Origin: Mobula hypostoma
Lineage: Eukaryota
NCBI RefSeq assembly: GCF_963921235.1
Contig: NC_086097.1
Span: 153,948,001 to 154,012,000 of the forward strand
Direction: 5' to 3'
DNA length: 64,000 bases
Both the position numbers and the translations under genes were made by a program. How positions within the stretch are numbered: the stretch's first letter is position 1; each line of letters opens with the position of its first letter. The notes under the pieces were generated by a model. That model saw only the letters and a list, made by a program, of their open reading frames with translations. It did no database searches and had not been told where the DNA came from. This document shows positions 22,588 to 35,754 of this stretch, piece by piece.

Positions 22588-25500
22588 GTTGCATGAACGG
22601 ATGGACGGACCCAAGTGCAGAATACAAGATGCTGGGGCAGAGTCAGGAGGTGTTGTTGCCATAGCGAGCATGGAATCAGTATCCAGGACAGTCTTTACCC
22701 GGAGTCTTGGGCTTGGAGCGAATCAAGGAGTGATGCTAGACTTAGAACTGACAGTCCTAAGAACGATGAAATGAGGTTACTCACGCAGGATTTGACCAAC
22801 AAACTGGCAACTCCTTGTTGTGATCGCAGGGTCTTTATCCTGCATTTTCTGATGGAAAGCAGGTGTGTGTAGTTAGTGGAACCTGGAAATGATTGGAAAT
22901 TAAATGAGGGGATTGAGGCCCAATTCCTGAGGTAAATAGCATGGTGGGGGATTGCTAGAAGGGACCATGACAGTACCCCCTCCCTCAACAGGAGTCTCCA
23001 GGTGATCCTCCAGGCCTGTCTGGATGGTCCCGATGAAAGTCTTGGACGAAGGAAGGGTCTAGAATGAAGGAGTGAGGGACCCAGGAATGCTCCTCTGGAC
23101 CATACCCTTCCCAGTCCACCAGGTATTGGAAACCCCTGCCCCAACAACGCACATCCAGTAGTTGTTGGACGGTGTATGCCGGATGGTTGTCAATGATACG
23201 GGCAGGTGGGGGAGTCTCAGCCAGGGGACACAAGGGCTGATGGAAACTTGCTTTAACTGGGAAACAAAGGTGGGTGGATGCGCATAGATCTTGGCAACTT
23301 TAGGCAGACCGCCGCGGGATTGATAACACTTTCGACATTGAATGCCCCCAGGAAGCAACAGGCGAGTTTCCTCTGCTCATTCTTGAGCAGGATGTTCTTT
23401 GATGAAAGCCACACCATCTACCCCAGTTGGAACTCAGGAGCCGGAGTCCGGTGTCGGTCGGCCGTCTTTTTATTGCGATTTGCTGATCTGAGTAGGGCCA
23501 TGCATGTCTCTTCCCAAACCTTAAGGCACCGATCGATATGGTCCTGAACTGACAGTACCACAATCTTCTCTTCTTGCGCAGGGAACAGCAGGGGATGGTA
23601 CCCCAGGGAGCACTTGAATGGAGACCTTCCAATGGCAGAGCTCACCAGAAAGTTGTGGGCATACTCAACCCACGGGAGGTGGTCGCTCCAGGTCGATGGG
23701 TTGTTTGCCGTTACACAACGTAGCGTCGCCTCCAGGTCTTGGTTAACCAGTTCCGTTTGCCCGTTCGTCTGGAGGTGGAAGCCAGATGACAGGCTGACCG
23801 ATGCACCCAAGGCTTGACAGAATGCCTTCCATACCTGCGAGACAAACTGGGGACCTCAGTCGAAGCCGACATCCGCGGGGATTCCGTGGAGGCAAAAGAC
23901 ATGGCAGAGGAGAAGATCTGCAGTTTCTTGAGAGGAAGGGAGTTTAGGAAGGGCTACAAAGTAGCCGAGAACCGGTCTACCACGGTGAGTACGGTGGTGT
24001 TTCCATGTGAAGGGGGTAGACTGGTGACGAAGTCTAGGGTGATATGCGACCAGGGACAGGTAGAGGACGAAGTAAACCCGCGGGTGGCCGATGAGAGGCT
24101 TTTCCCTGGGCACAGATGGAACATGCCGAGACATAGGAACGGGTATCTGCCTCCATGGACAGCCACCAAGTGTTTTTTCAGGAGCGCTAGGGCCCGATCA
24201 CTCCTGGAGTGGCAGGTGAACTGAGATGTGTACCCCCATTAGAGAACGTGAGCCCTGACGGAAACGGGCACGTACAGGCGATCGTCGGGTCCATTGCCGG
24301 GGTCGGGGTCGTCCCGTTGGGCTTCTTTTACTTTGGACTCGATCTCCCAAGTGAGGGTTGCCACCACACAGGATGGTGGGAGGATAGTCCCTGTGCTGGA
24401 AGTGTCCCCCTTGGAGTCGTATTGGCAGGAGAGCGCGTCTGGCTTCCTGTTCTTGGACCCTGGACCGTATGTGAGGGGAAAACTTGAACCGTTCAAAAAA
24501 ATAATGCCCAATGGACCTGGCGGGAGTTGAAACGCTTGGCAGTCTGAATATACTCCAGGTGTTTATGATCAGTCCACACCACAAACAGTTGTTCTGCCCC
24601 CTCCAGCCTGTGCTTCCATTCTTCCAGTTCTAGTTTGACCGCCAGGAGTTTCCGATTCCCCACGTCGTAATTCTGCTTGGCTGGGGACAGTTGGTGAGTA
24701 TACAAGGCGCAGGGGTGAAGCTTTTCATCCGAACTTGATCGTTGGGACAGGACTGCTCCTATCCTGGAGTCAGAGATGTCCACCTCAACAATGAATTGAC
24801 GGGCTGGGTCCGGATGGACCAGGATAGGAGTGGTGGTGAAACGCCTCTTCAGGTCGGTGAATGCAGAGTCAGCTTCGGAGTCCCAACAGGAGGGGGTAGT
24901 AGGCCAGGTATGCCAGGTAAGGGGGGGCCACCACTCAACTGTAGTCTCTGATAGATCGGCGGTAGAAGTTTGCAAACCCCAGGAATCGTTGAAGTTGTTT
25001 GCGGGTCGTGGGCCTAGGCCATTCTTCCACTGCCCGAATTTTCGTGGGGCCTGCTCTCACCTGCCCGCTCTCAATGATATAACCCAAGAAGCTGACTGAA
25101 GGAACTTGGAACTTGGAACGCACATTTCTTCGTCTTCACAAATAACTGGTTTTCCTACAGTCACTGGAGGACTTGACGGACATGGTGAATGTGTTCTTGG
25201 GGGTGCTAGAAAATATCAGGATCATTGAGGTAAACAAATACAAACCGATTAATAAAGTCCCTCAGTACGTCATTGATTAGGGCTTGAAAAATGACGGGAG
25301 CATTGGTGAGGCCAAACGGTATGACCAAATATTCGAAGTGGCCCAGAGGTGTATTAAAGGCTGTCTTCCACTCGTCCCCCTCCCTCATCCTGACTAAATG
25401 GTAGGCACTATGAAGGTCTAACTTCGAGAAGATGATGGCTCCATGCAGTGGTTCCAAAGCTGAACTAATGAGGGGTAGATGATACTTATTTTTAACTGTT

Positions 25501-27547
25501 ATATTGTTTAGGCCTCGGTAATCAATACAAGGACGAAGCGACCCATCCTTCTTTTCTACAAAGAAGAAACCGGCGCCTACCGGGGAGGATGAAAGTCTGA
25601 TAATGCCCGCTGCGAGGGACTTGCTAATGTACTTCTCCATGGCCTCTCTCTCCAGTCGGGATAGGTTAAAAAGGCGACTGGTGGGTAGCGAGGCCCCGGG
25701 GAGAAGGACGATGGCACAATCATATGGGTGGTGCGGAGGCAGGGAAAGAGCCCATTGTTTACTGAATACCTGTTCCAGGTCATGGTATTCTGTGCGGAAA
25801 TGGGACAAATCGAGGGGTTCTGGGACAGGCGGGGTCGCAGTAGCTTCCCTGGGAGATGGGGTTGACCACAGACAGTTTGCGTGGCAAGACTGGCTCCATT
25901 TGGCTATCCTCCCGGTGGGCCAGTCGATGTGGAGATTATGTTGGGTCAGTCGTGGATACCCTAGGATTACCGGGGCTTGAGGTGAATGAATGATACTGAA
26001 TTGCACCTCCTCCCGATGGTTGCCGGATAGGATCAAGGTCAGGGGCGGCGTACAGTGGGTCACGCAAGCCAGCAGTTTCCCGTCCAGGGCTCGGGCCTCC
26101 AGGGGGGTAGTTAGCGGCTTGTGAGGTATTCCAGCCTGGGAGGCTATGTCTTCGTCCAGCAGATTGCCCTTGGCACCGAAATCCACCAAAGCGGAAAGGG
26201 ACAGGGACTGTCATTGGTAATCACGGTAGCCAGGATCTGCATCTCAGTCTGGGAGGCTGAAGGGAGTATCGTCCGACTCACCAGGGCCCCCTTTTTCACT
26301 GGTGAGCCCTCCCTTTTGGCCACTGAGGGCAGGTATCCCGGAAATGTCCTGGCTGGCCACAATAGTAAACAAAGTCGTTCAGCCAGGGAGAGACGGTTCT
26401 GTCCCAGCTGCATCGGTTCCTCCCCCAGAGTGGTGGGGACGGTCGGAGCAGGAGCTACACTTGCAGCAGATGGGGAAGGGAGGCTGGCTGAGACTGATAA
26501 GGTGGACCGTGGGCTTCCCCGAGGAGCGTGGCGACTGGTTCTTTCTCTCAGCCGCTCTTGAAGTCGATTATCTAATCTAGTGGCTAGCGAGATCAGACAG
26601 TCCGTTTCATCCCTCGCTGCCAGTTCATCCTTTATCTTGTCCGAGAGACCCTGTTGAAACACCTCCCGCAGGGCCTCGTCATTCCACCCTGAGTCTGCGG
26701 CTAAGGTCAGGAACTCGATGGAATACCTTGCTACACTTCGCGAACTCTAACACAGAGTCAGCAAGCGTTTAGCGGCGTCCTTACCACGAATGGGTTGTTC
26801 GAAGACCTTCCTCATTTCAGCAACAAAGGAGGGGAAGGAGGAACAAACCTCTGGTCGGTTATCCCATATCGCGGTTACCCAAGCCAAGGCATCCCCTTGT
26901 AACAGCCCATGATGTACGCAATCTTGGATTTATCTGAAGTGTAGGTACGTGGCTGTAGCTCAAAGACCAGAGAGCATTGTAAGAGGAAGGCCCGGAACCT
27001 CCCTAGGTCCCCAGCGTAGGGTTCGGGTTCGGGCTGGGGCTCGGGTACACATGGCTCTCAAGGGCACTGTGGTGCTGATCCAGGGGCGACGCCATCCCGC
27101 GCGGTGCAGGTTGGGTAGTCGGGGTTCCTGGCGGGAACGGAAACTCAGTCCACCTGCTCACTGACCTTCTGTACATTTGTGGAGAGCGTCCGAAGGTTTT
27201 CCGTCACCTCCTTAAGTAGTCGGTCATGGGCGCCCAGTAGGTAGCCCTGGCTGACGAAGGCCTGTTCTACCAGATCCGTGTCCGCTGGGTTCATTATGGC
27301 CAGTTTGTTCCGTTACACGAGCATGGCGGTGGACGACCCCAAGTGCAGAACACGGGACGGGGGCAGAGACGGGAGGCGATATTGCCGTCCCGAGCGTGGA
27401 ATCAGTTTCCAGGAGAGTCTTTACCCCAAGTCTTGGGTTTAGAGAGAATCAGGAGCAATGCTAGACTTAGAACTGACAGCCCTAAGAACCATGAAACAAG
27501 GTTACTCACACTGGAGTCAACGAACTAATGAACTGGCAGCTCCTTGT
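22588..27547 (-). mobile_element. Degenerate Sushi-like chromoviral Gypsy LTR retrotransposon (gag, PR, RT, RNase H, IN, chromodomain)
   Basis: 3' LTR 22588-22972 (TGTCA.. on minus) preceded by PPT gagggagggggtac; 5' LTR 27311-27547 truncated by a LINE. Gag starts MNPADTD at 27294. Motifs include [45 protein letters not shown] and chromodomain [16 protein letters not shown]. Many frameshifts. Confidence 0.95.
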
Positions 27548-27660
27548 CTGTCTGTCTGTATCTTGTTTTACGGCGGTTGGTATCCAGCTTAATGGTGCAT
27601 TACCGCCACCCTCTGCTCCAGAATGTGCACTAGACATACTTTCTAAATCCCTTCACCCAA

Positions 27661-27661
<1 letters not shown>

Positions 27662-27708
<47 letters not shown>
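27662..27708. repeat. (CA)n microsatellite in the LINE 3' UTR
   Basis: Perfect CA run. Confidence 0.95.
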
Positions 27709-27715
<7 letters not shown>

Positions 27716-27899
27716 CACAAACCTACACTTCACCCTCCCATCTTTGACCATCCTAGTATCCTATTCCTGTTTATTCGTCATATTCTATAAAAAAAACCCT
27801 GTACCCCTTAAAAACGCTGAAAATACCTGGACTTGTGCTCTCTCACCCATGCCCAGCAACCCTTTTAATGTGAATTCCTGCATCCCCAACTCCCTTAAT

Positions 27900-29939
27900 T
27901 TATTTCTCATCATCTCTCTGTATCCCATACTTCCTGCAACACAAAACTACATGTTCTACTGACTCCTCTTCCTGACATTCCTCACACAATCCTGTCTGGT
28001 GTTTCTCTATCATTTTCAATGTTTTGTTTAATGCACAATGCCCCAGCCTTAACCTAGTCCACACAATTTCCTCTCTTCTGTTTCCATTACCTACCCTAGT
28101 AACTGCAACACTCTTTTGTATTTGATATAAATGCCTCCCTTTCCCCTCCCTGTCCCATCTTTCTTGCCACATTCAGTTGACTTTTTCCCAGATTATACCC
28201 TTAACCTCTGCTTTAGTGATACTAATGTGCATTTCCACATTTTCTTTCTTTAACGCCCTCTTTGCCAACTCATCCACCCTCTCATTCCCCTTCACCCCTA
28301 CATGTGCTGGAACCCATAGAAATTTTACCTGACCTCCCTGATTTGCAATTCTTGTAACTAACTGAAGGACTTCATAAAGTACATCTTGCCGACTGTTTGT
28401 GTGAAAAGACCTTAAACTTGCTAGAACTGAGGATGAATCTGAACATATCAATGCTTTGGCTTGTCTGGCTTTCTACACCCATTGCAAGGCAACCAACACT
28501 GCCAGCATCTCCACTGTAAACACCCCTAATTTATTAGATGTTCTTCTGCTGATTCCAATTTCTTTTGCTGGTATTACCACCCCAAACCCTGTCACTCCTG
28601 TTTCAGGTTCCTTCGCACCATCCGTATAAATGTGAGGATAATCACTATACTTTTCCATCACATGACAGTTAAAGGCATTTACCAAATCTGTTTTATATCT
28701 TTCTTTCCTTTTTACCTCTAACAAATGCCAGTCTATTTCAGGCCATACAAGCTTCCATGGAGCTACAACCGGATAAACTACTGAAGGACTTATCCTCAGA
28801 TCAAATACTCCACATTCTTTCGCGATATCATTCCCTACCCGACTAAAGGTATCCCTTTGAAACCTCCCATTTTTCCAGCACTCCTGCAACACTCCTTTAG
28901 TAGGGTGAGAATCATTGTGCCCCTGCAAGTTAGCCCAGTAGTTTGCCATCAGTTGCATCCTTCTTAGTTCCAAAGGCATTATTCCCATTTCTACCTGTAG
29001 GGCTGACACTGGTGACGTTTTAAAAGCCCCACTGCACACTCTCAAGGCCTGAGCCTGAATCACATCCAGTTTCCTTATAAGAGACCTAGCTGCTGATCCA
29101 TATACTATATTTCCATAATCCAATACAGATCTTACTAAAGCCACATACATTCTCTTCAAAGCTGAACAACTTGCTCCCCATTCCCTACCAGTCAAACATC
29201 TCATCACACTTATTACTTTTTTACATTTCTCCTCAACTTTCCTGATATGGTCTGCCCATGTTAATCGTGAATCAAATATAACTCCCAGAAATTTAAATGA
29301 TGCAACCCTTTCTAATTCAACCCTATACATCCTTAATTTCTTCCCTACTTCAACCCTTTTCCTGGTAAAAAATACAATTTGAGTTTTATCTACTGAAAAT
29401 CTACATCCCCAATCATAACCCCACTCCACCACTTCATCAATTGCTTCTTGTAGTTTCCTGATTATATGGTCCATGTTCCTGCCTCTTTTCCACAAGGCCC
29501 CATCATCCGCAAACAGTGACCTACCTATATCCACTGGTACCTTTGTGAAGACACCATTGATCATAATGATGAAAAGTAACGGGCTAATCACACTACCTTG
29601 AGGTGTGCCATTTTCCGCTATGTACTGTTTTGATAATTCTGATCCAATCCGAACTTGAATTTTTCTACCAAACAAAAAATCTTTAATCCAATTAAAAACT
29701 CTCCCACCAACCCCCATCTTGTGCAGTTTAATTAATAATCCTTCCTTCCACATCATATCATAGGCTTTTTCAATGTCAAAGAACACTGCCACTACTGACT
29801 CTCTATTTGCCTGGGCCTTCCTTATTTCAGTCTCTAACATAATCACTGAGACCATGGAATTCCTTCCCTTTCTAAAACCACTCTGATAACTTGCCAGCAT
29901 TCCCCTTTTCTCAAGCTCATATGATAACCTTTCTGTTAT
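27900..29939 (-). CDS. Nimb/I ORF2 C-terminal half (RT, RNase H), with two in-frame stops
   Basis: ORFs 28473..30011, 28173..28451 and 27900..28172 are consecutive in one frame, starting ITERLSYELE. Confidence 0.9.
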
Positions 29940-32131
29940 AGAAAATAGAAAATAGGTGCAGGAGTAGGCCATTCGGCCCTTCGAGCCTGCATCGCCATTT
30001 ATTATGATCATGGCTGATCATCCAACTCAGAACCCCGCCCCAGCCTTCCCTCCATACCCCCTGACCCCCTAGCCACAATGGCCATATCTAACTCCCTCTT
30101 AAATATAGCCAATGAACTGGCCTCAACTGTTTCCTGTGGCAGAGAATTCCACAGATTCACCACTCTCTGTGTGAAGAAGTTTTTCCTAATCTCGGTCCTA
30201 AAAGGCTTCCCCTCTATCCTCAAACTGTGGCCCCTCGTTTTGGACTTCCCCAACATCGGGAACAATCTTCCTGCATCTAGCCTGTCCAATCCCTTTAGGA
30301 TCTTATACGTTTAAATCAGAACCCCCCTCAATCTTCTAAATTCCAACAAGTACAAGCCCAGTTCATCCAGTCTTTCTTCATATGAAAGTCCTGCCATCCC
30401 AGGAATCAATCTGGTGAACCTTCTTTGTACTCCCTCTATGGCAAGGATGTCTTTCCTCAGATTAGGGGACCAAAACTGCACACAATACTCCAGGTGTGGT
30501 CTCACCAAGCCCTTGTACAACTGCAGTAGTACCTCCCTGCTCCTGTACTCGAATCCTCTCGCTATAAATGCCAGCATACCATTCGCCTTTTTCACTGCCT
30601 GCTGTACCTGCATGCCCACTTTCAATGACTGGTGTATAATGAAACCCAGGTCTCGTTGCACCTCCCCTTTTCCTAATCAGCCACCATTCAGATAATAATC
30701 TGTTTTCCTATTTTTGCCACCAAAGTGGATAACTTCACATTTATCCACATTAAATTGCATCTGCCATGAATTTGCCCACTCACCCAACCTATCCAAGTCA
30801 CCCTGCATCCTCTTAGCATCCTCCTCACAGCTAACACTGCCACCCAGCTTCGTGTCATCCACAAACTTGGAGATGCTGCATTTAATTCCCTCATCCCAGT
30901 CATTAATATATATTGTAAATAACTGACTCCAGCAGTTTCCCCACCACTGACGTTAGGCTAACTGGTCTATAATTCCCCGGTTTCTCTCTCCCTCCTTTTT
31001 TAAAAAGTGGGGTTACATTAGCCACCCTCCAATCCTCAGGAACTAGTCCAGAATCTAACGAGTTTTGAAAAATTATCACTAATGCATCCACTATTTCTTG
31101 GGCTACTTCCTTAAGCACTCTAGGATGCAGACCATCTGGCCCCGGGGATTTATCTGCCTTCAATCCCTTCAATTTACCTAACACCACTTCCCTACTAGCA
31201 TGTATTTTGCTCAGCTCCTCCATCTCACTGGACCCTCTGTCCCCTACTATTTCTGGAAGATTATTTATGTCCTCCTTAGTGAAGACAGAACCAAAGTAAT
31301 TATTCAATTGGTCTGCCATGTCCTTGCTCCCCATAATCAATTCATCTGTTTCTGTCTGCAGAACCTACATTTGTCTTTACCAGTCTTTTCCTTTTTACAT
31401 ATCTATAAAAGCTTTTACAGTCCGTTTTTATGTTCCCTGCCAGTTTTCTCTCATAATCTTTTTTCCTCTTCCTAATTAAGTCCTTTGTCCTCCTCTGCTG
31501 AACTCTGAATTTCTCCCAGTCCTCAGGTGAGCCACATTCTCTGGCTAATTTGTATGCTTCTTCTTTGGAATTGATACTATCCCTAATTTCTCTTGTCAGC
31601 CACGGGTGCACTACCTTCCTTGATTTATTCTTTTGCCAAACTGGGATGAACAATTGTTGTAGTTCATCCATGCAACCTTTAAATGCTTGCCATTGCATAT
31701 CCACCGTCAATCCTTTAAGTGTCATTTGCCAGTCTATCTTAGCTAATTCACGTCTCATACCTTCAAAGTTACCCCTCTTTAAGTTCAGAACCTTTGTTTC
31801 TGAATTAACTATGTCACTCTCCATCTTAATGAAGAATTCCACCATATTATGGTCACTCTTACCCAAGGGGCCTCTCACGACAAGATCGCTAATTAACCCT
31901 TCCTCATTGCTCAAAACCCAGTCCAGAATAGCCTGCTCTCTAGTTGGTTCCTCGACATGTTGGTTCAAAAAACCATCCCGCATACATTCCAAGAAATCCT
32001 CTTCCTCAGCACCTTTACCAATTTGGTTCACCCAATCTACATGTAGATTGAAGTCACCCATTATAACTGCTGTTCCTTTATCGCACACATTTCTAATTTC
32101 CTGTTTAATACCATCTCCGACCTCACTACTA
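29940..32131 (-). mobile_element. Young 5'-truncated CR1 LINE with part of the RT core deleted, nested in the Nimb element
   Basis: IMGDFN, SDHNMV, KSPGPDGLHPRVLKE and NYRPVSLTS, then a jump at ~30922 to IYIND..DDTKLG. (TCTATT)n-type tail; flanks ctgt(t/c)at. Confidence 0.92.
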
Positions 32132-33749
32132 CTGTCATCCTTTCCATTATCTTACATATACTTGATGTTAATGCAATTGGTCTGTAGCTAGTGGGTTTTG
32201 ACAGATCCTTGCCAGGCTTCCTTATTGGAATTACTACTGCTTCTTTCCATGCACTTGGTAATCTTCCCTCCTCCCACACTCTGTTATAAAAATGCAGCAA
32301 CTTCAAGAGTGCTCCTTCTCCTAGATTTTTTAACATCACAGAGCATATCAGATCTTTCCGTGGGGAGGTTGGTCTCGATCTCTTTATTGCTCTCACCATT
32401 TCTGCTAATGCAAATGGATCATCAATTATATCATCTGTTCCTTCCCTCCTGCTTAACACACCTGGGTGTTGGCTCATTATTCTTTCCCTTCTTCTTCTCC
32501 CTTCTTCTGACAAATTTTCTGAACTGTGCATCAGTACAAATGACTTGGCCATGACCTCAGCCTTATCCCTACTGGAGACTGCAGTTTCCTCCTCAGATAT
32601 CATTACTGGATATTCCCATTCCCTTCTATCTCCTCCCATCCTCTTAATCATTCTCCATATCTCTCCCACAGGTGTTGTTCTTCCTACCTTGTCACAAAAA
32701 CTCCTCCAACTTGCCCTTTTAGCTTGATATATAGTTCTTCTCACCACTGCCTGTGCTTTCTTATATTGAACCAAATGCTGCATATTATGGGTTCTTTTAA
32801 CTAGCCTGAATGCTCTATTTCTGTTTTTTACAGCCTGACAACATTCCTCTGTCCACCATGGTACCAGTTTTCTATTCATTCTATTTTTACTCCTAGGTAT
32901 AGATCCTTCTGCTGCCATGATAATTGCTGAAGTCACCTGACTGTTTAATTCATCTACATTTCCAGAAATATCAATCTTTGTCAACCCTTCTTCACTCAAC
33001 TTCTGGAACTTACCCCAATCAGCTTTTTCAAACACCCACTTTGGGGTTCCACCACCTGGTCTTACTTCAACTCTTTCACCCACTGAACACAAAACTGGGT
33101 AGTGATCACTGCCTACTGTTGAAGCAGTCCAAACTCCCCAGTTACTAATGCCAGCCAAGGTATTAGACACTAACGTAATATCTAACGCTGACTCAGTTCC
33201 TGTTGTTATATCTATCTTTGTGCCGCTACCATCATTCATACACACCAAATCCCTTTCTTCCATCAAACCTTCAATTACCTTTCCATTTGGATCTGTAATC
33301 TGATCCCCCCATATTGTGCTATGAGCATTGAAATCTGCACACCACACTACTTTATGTCTGTTTTGTCCTTGTATCTTTAATAGGCTGTCCAAGTCCAACC
33401 TTTTACATGGATTGTAGTAGTTAATTATAACCACTCCCTCCCCTCTCTCCCACACTTCCATCACTATGTATTCCTGATCATCTCCTTTTTCCAGTACCCT
33501 ATATGGTATACCTTGCTTGATTAACATAGCACAATCCCCTCCTCCCCCTAGATTTCTATCTTTCCTTATCATTGTATATCCATATACCACAAAGTCTAAA
33601 GTTGGTTTTAACCAAGTTTCCTGAATACACACTACATCCGGTTTTACAACCATTTCTTTAATAAAGCGCTTGAATTCCTGGCTATTGGCCAGTAAGCTCC
33701 TTGCATTCCATTGTAAAAGAATCACCATAATTATTATTAACCAACACAT
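32132..33749 (-). CDS. Nimb/I ORF2 N-terminal half (AP endonuclease and start of RT)
   Basis: ORF 32061..33749 up to SYRPIALTSSICKIMERM, where the CR1 insertion cuts it. Confidence 0.9.
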
Positions 33750-35068
33750 GACACTTCCTGGCTTGACTGATTACTGAGGTTCTCCCTCACTTCCTCCCAT
33801 GTCAGTCCTACTAACCCTAAATGGTTTACTGCTGCTTTTACCACCAGCTGAATTTTGTCACTTTTTGACTTTACCTCAGCCGTACTATTAATCACTCCTG
33901 CAATGAATGTTACTAGAGCCTTTTTGTCTACATAAATCCTGTCATTTGTTCTTTGTTGCACCTCTCATATCCCTATTGCTCCCTGTTCATTAGGAGCATT
34001 ATTCTGTTCTCTTGACAGTCCTACAGCTTCTGCATAAGTGATCTTTCTTTTCACTCTTATTTCTTGAATTTTAGTCTCCCGTCTCACAACCTCACACCCA
34101 CTATATGCAACATTATGAGCTCCTCCACAATTGCAGCATTTTGGTTGAACTCCTGTTCCGCACTTTCCATATTCATGATCACCCCCACTTCTAGCACATC
34201 TCCTCTGCCTTTTACAGTTTTTAGCCATGTGTCCAAACCTTTGACAATTATAGCACCTCAGTGGCTTTGGCACATACACCCTTACTGGGTAACTCATGAA
34301 ACCCAGGAACACCTTCCTTGGCACTCTTTCTTCTTCAAATTCAATCAATACTGATTCATTTTCCTTTTTCACTCCCTCCTTTGTTGTTTTCAGTCTTTGA
34401 ACATTCATTACTTTCCCTCCTTTGATATTCCTCTTTATCTCCTCCATATTTATACTCATTGGTATCCCCGTGATCACTCCTTTACAACCACTGTTTTGTG
34501 CTCCCACCCTCCCAGTGTATTCCACCTTGCATTTTCCTATCTCTTTTAGCTTGAGTGCTTTCTCAAGTTGTTCCTCATTTGCACATCTTACCAATAAGTT
34601 GCCATCATTAAGGACTTTTGCAAATACTATTTCCCCTACCTTATTTGTCAGAGTTGTTGTTAGCACAAACGGGTTAATTTTCTTCATATGTCCCTGAGCC
34701 TTCTCATTAAACCTAATTATGACAACACCTCCTCTCTGAGCTTGTTCATCTTCCTCACTTTCAGAGCTTTCTCCACTATCATTTCTTATTCTTTTATTCC
34801 CTTTGTCTTGGTTTTTATTCATCCGACCCCTCACTACCTCCTCATTCCCTTTATTTCTCCCTTCACAATAATCCATCTCTTCCCAGCTGCCTACCTCCGG
34901 TCCCAAGTCTCTATCCCTCTCCTTCTCCACTTTCTTTGCCTCAACCCCGCCTCTTATCTTGTCCACCATTACCGGACCCACACGACCCCCTCCCAGCAAT
35001 TTCCATTCCTTCCCCACTCTCTTTCCCTCAACAGGTTCCAAACCACATTCACGCATCAAGCAAAACAC
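33737..35068 (-). CDS. Nimb/I-type ORF1 gag-like nucleic-acid-binding protein (one internal stop at 33965-33967)
   Basis: CYNCQRFGHMAKNC, CARSGGDHEYGKC and CCNCGGAHNVAYSGC. ORFs 33965..35068 and 33737..33961 are in the same frame. Confidence 0.85.
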
Positions 35069-35100
35069 AGCCAGCTTCCAATCAAGCCAACTCAGCCGGC

Positions 35101-35411
35101 CTCCCCCTCCCCCTCCCGCTCCTCCCCCCCCTCCTCCTCCTCCTCCTCCTCCCCCTCCCCCTTCCTCCTCCTCCCTCCCCCTTCCTCCTCCTCCCTCCCC
35201 CTCCCCCCTCCTCCTCCCCTCCTCCCCCTCCCCCTCCTCCTCCTCCCTCCCCCTCCCCCTCCCCCTCCCCCTCTCCCTCCTCCTCCTCCCCCTCCTCCCC
35301 CTCCCCTCCCCCTCCCCCCCCTCCCCTCCCCCTCCCCCTCCTCCCTCCTCCTCCTCCTCCCCCTCCCCCCTCCTCCCCTTCCCCCTCCCCCTCCCCCCTC
35401 CTCCCCCCCTC
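35101..35411. repeat. Almost pure C/T low-complexity tract ((CCT)n/(CCCCCT)n)
   Basis: About 310 bp containing almost no purines on the + strand. Confidence 0.95.
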
Positions 35412-35754
35412 AGGTGTTAAGGATCCCTACCACCCAACCCACAATCTTTTTGGCTCACTACCATCCAGAAGGAGGTACAGGAGCATCAGGACTAAGATTG
35501 CCAGGCTGGGTAACAGTTTCTTCCCTTGAGCTATGAGACTAATGAATACCCTGCTACCACCAAGGTATCATCACAATGAAAGTGAGTGTTTACTGTTTAC
35601 TATACAGTTTATGGTTTACCTGTGCTGTGTAGTAAGTACACTTTGAATTATACTTTATTAGCTTATTTGTGGTAATATTTTGTTTTATGTGCCGCGTGTG
35701 TTTTATAGGTGCACTGTATTCTGGAGGAATGGTGTTTTGTTTTGCTGTGTATAT

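Larger units (their letters stand above)
27548..35100 (-). mobile_element. Near full-length I-clade (Nimb-like) LINE with ORF1 and APE-RT-RNase H ORF2, interrupted by a CR1
   Basis: ORF1 has three CCHC-type knuckles. ORF2 has LQWNARSL, QETWL, SDHYP, GTPQGSVISP, FADD, RNase H YTDG..SDS..WVPAHVGVKGNERVD and a C-terminal zinc motif. (CAGA)n tail; few in-frame stops. Confidence 0.95.

Noticed and set aside
34688..35536. Proline/serine/leucine-rich ORFs (282, 197 and 153 aa) resembling extensins or formins
   Set aside because: These are artefacts of the stop-free C/T tract plus antisense LINE ORF1.
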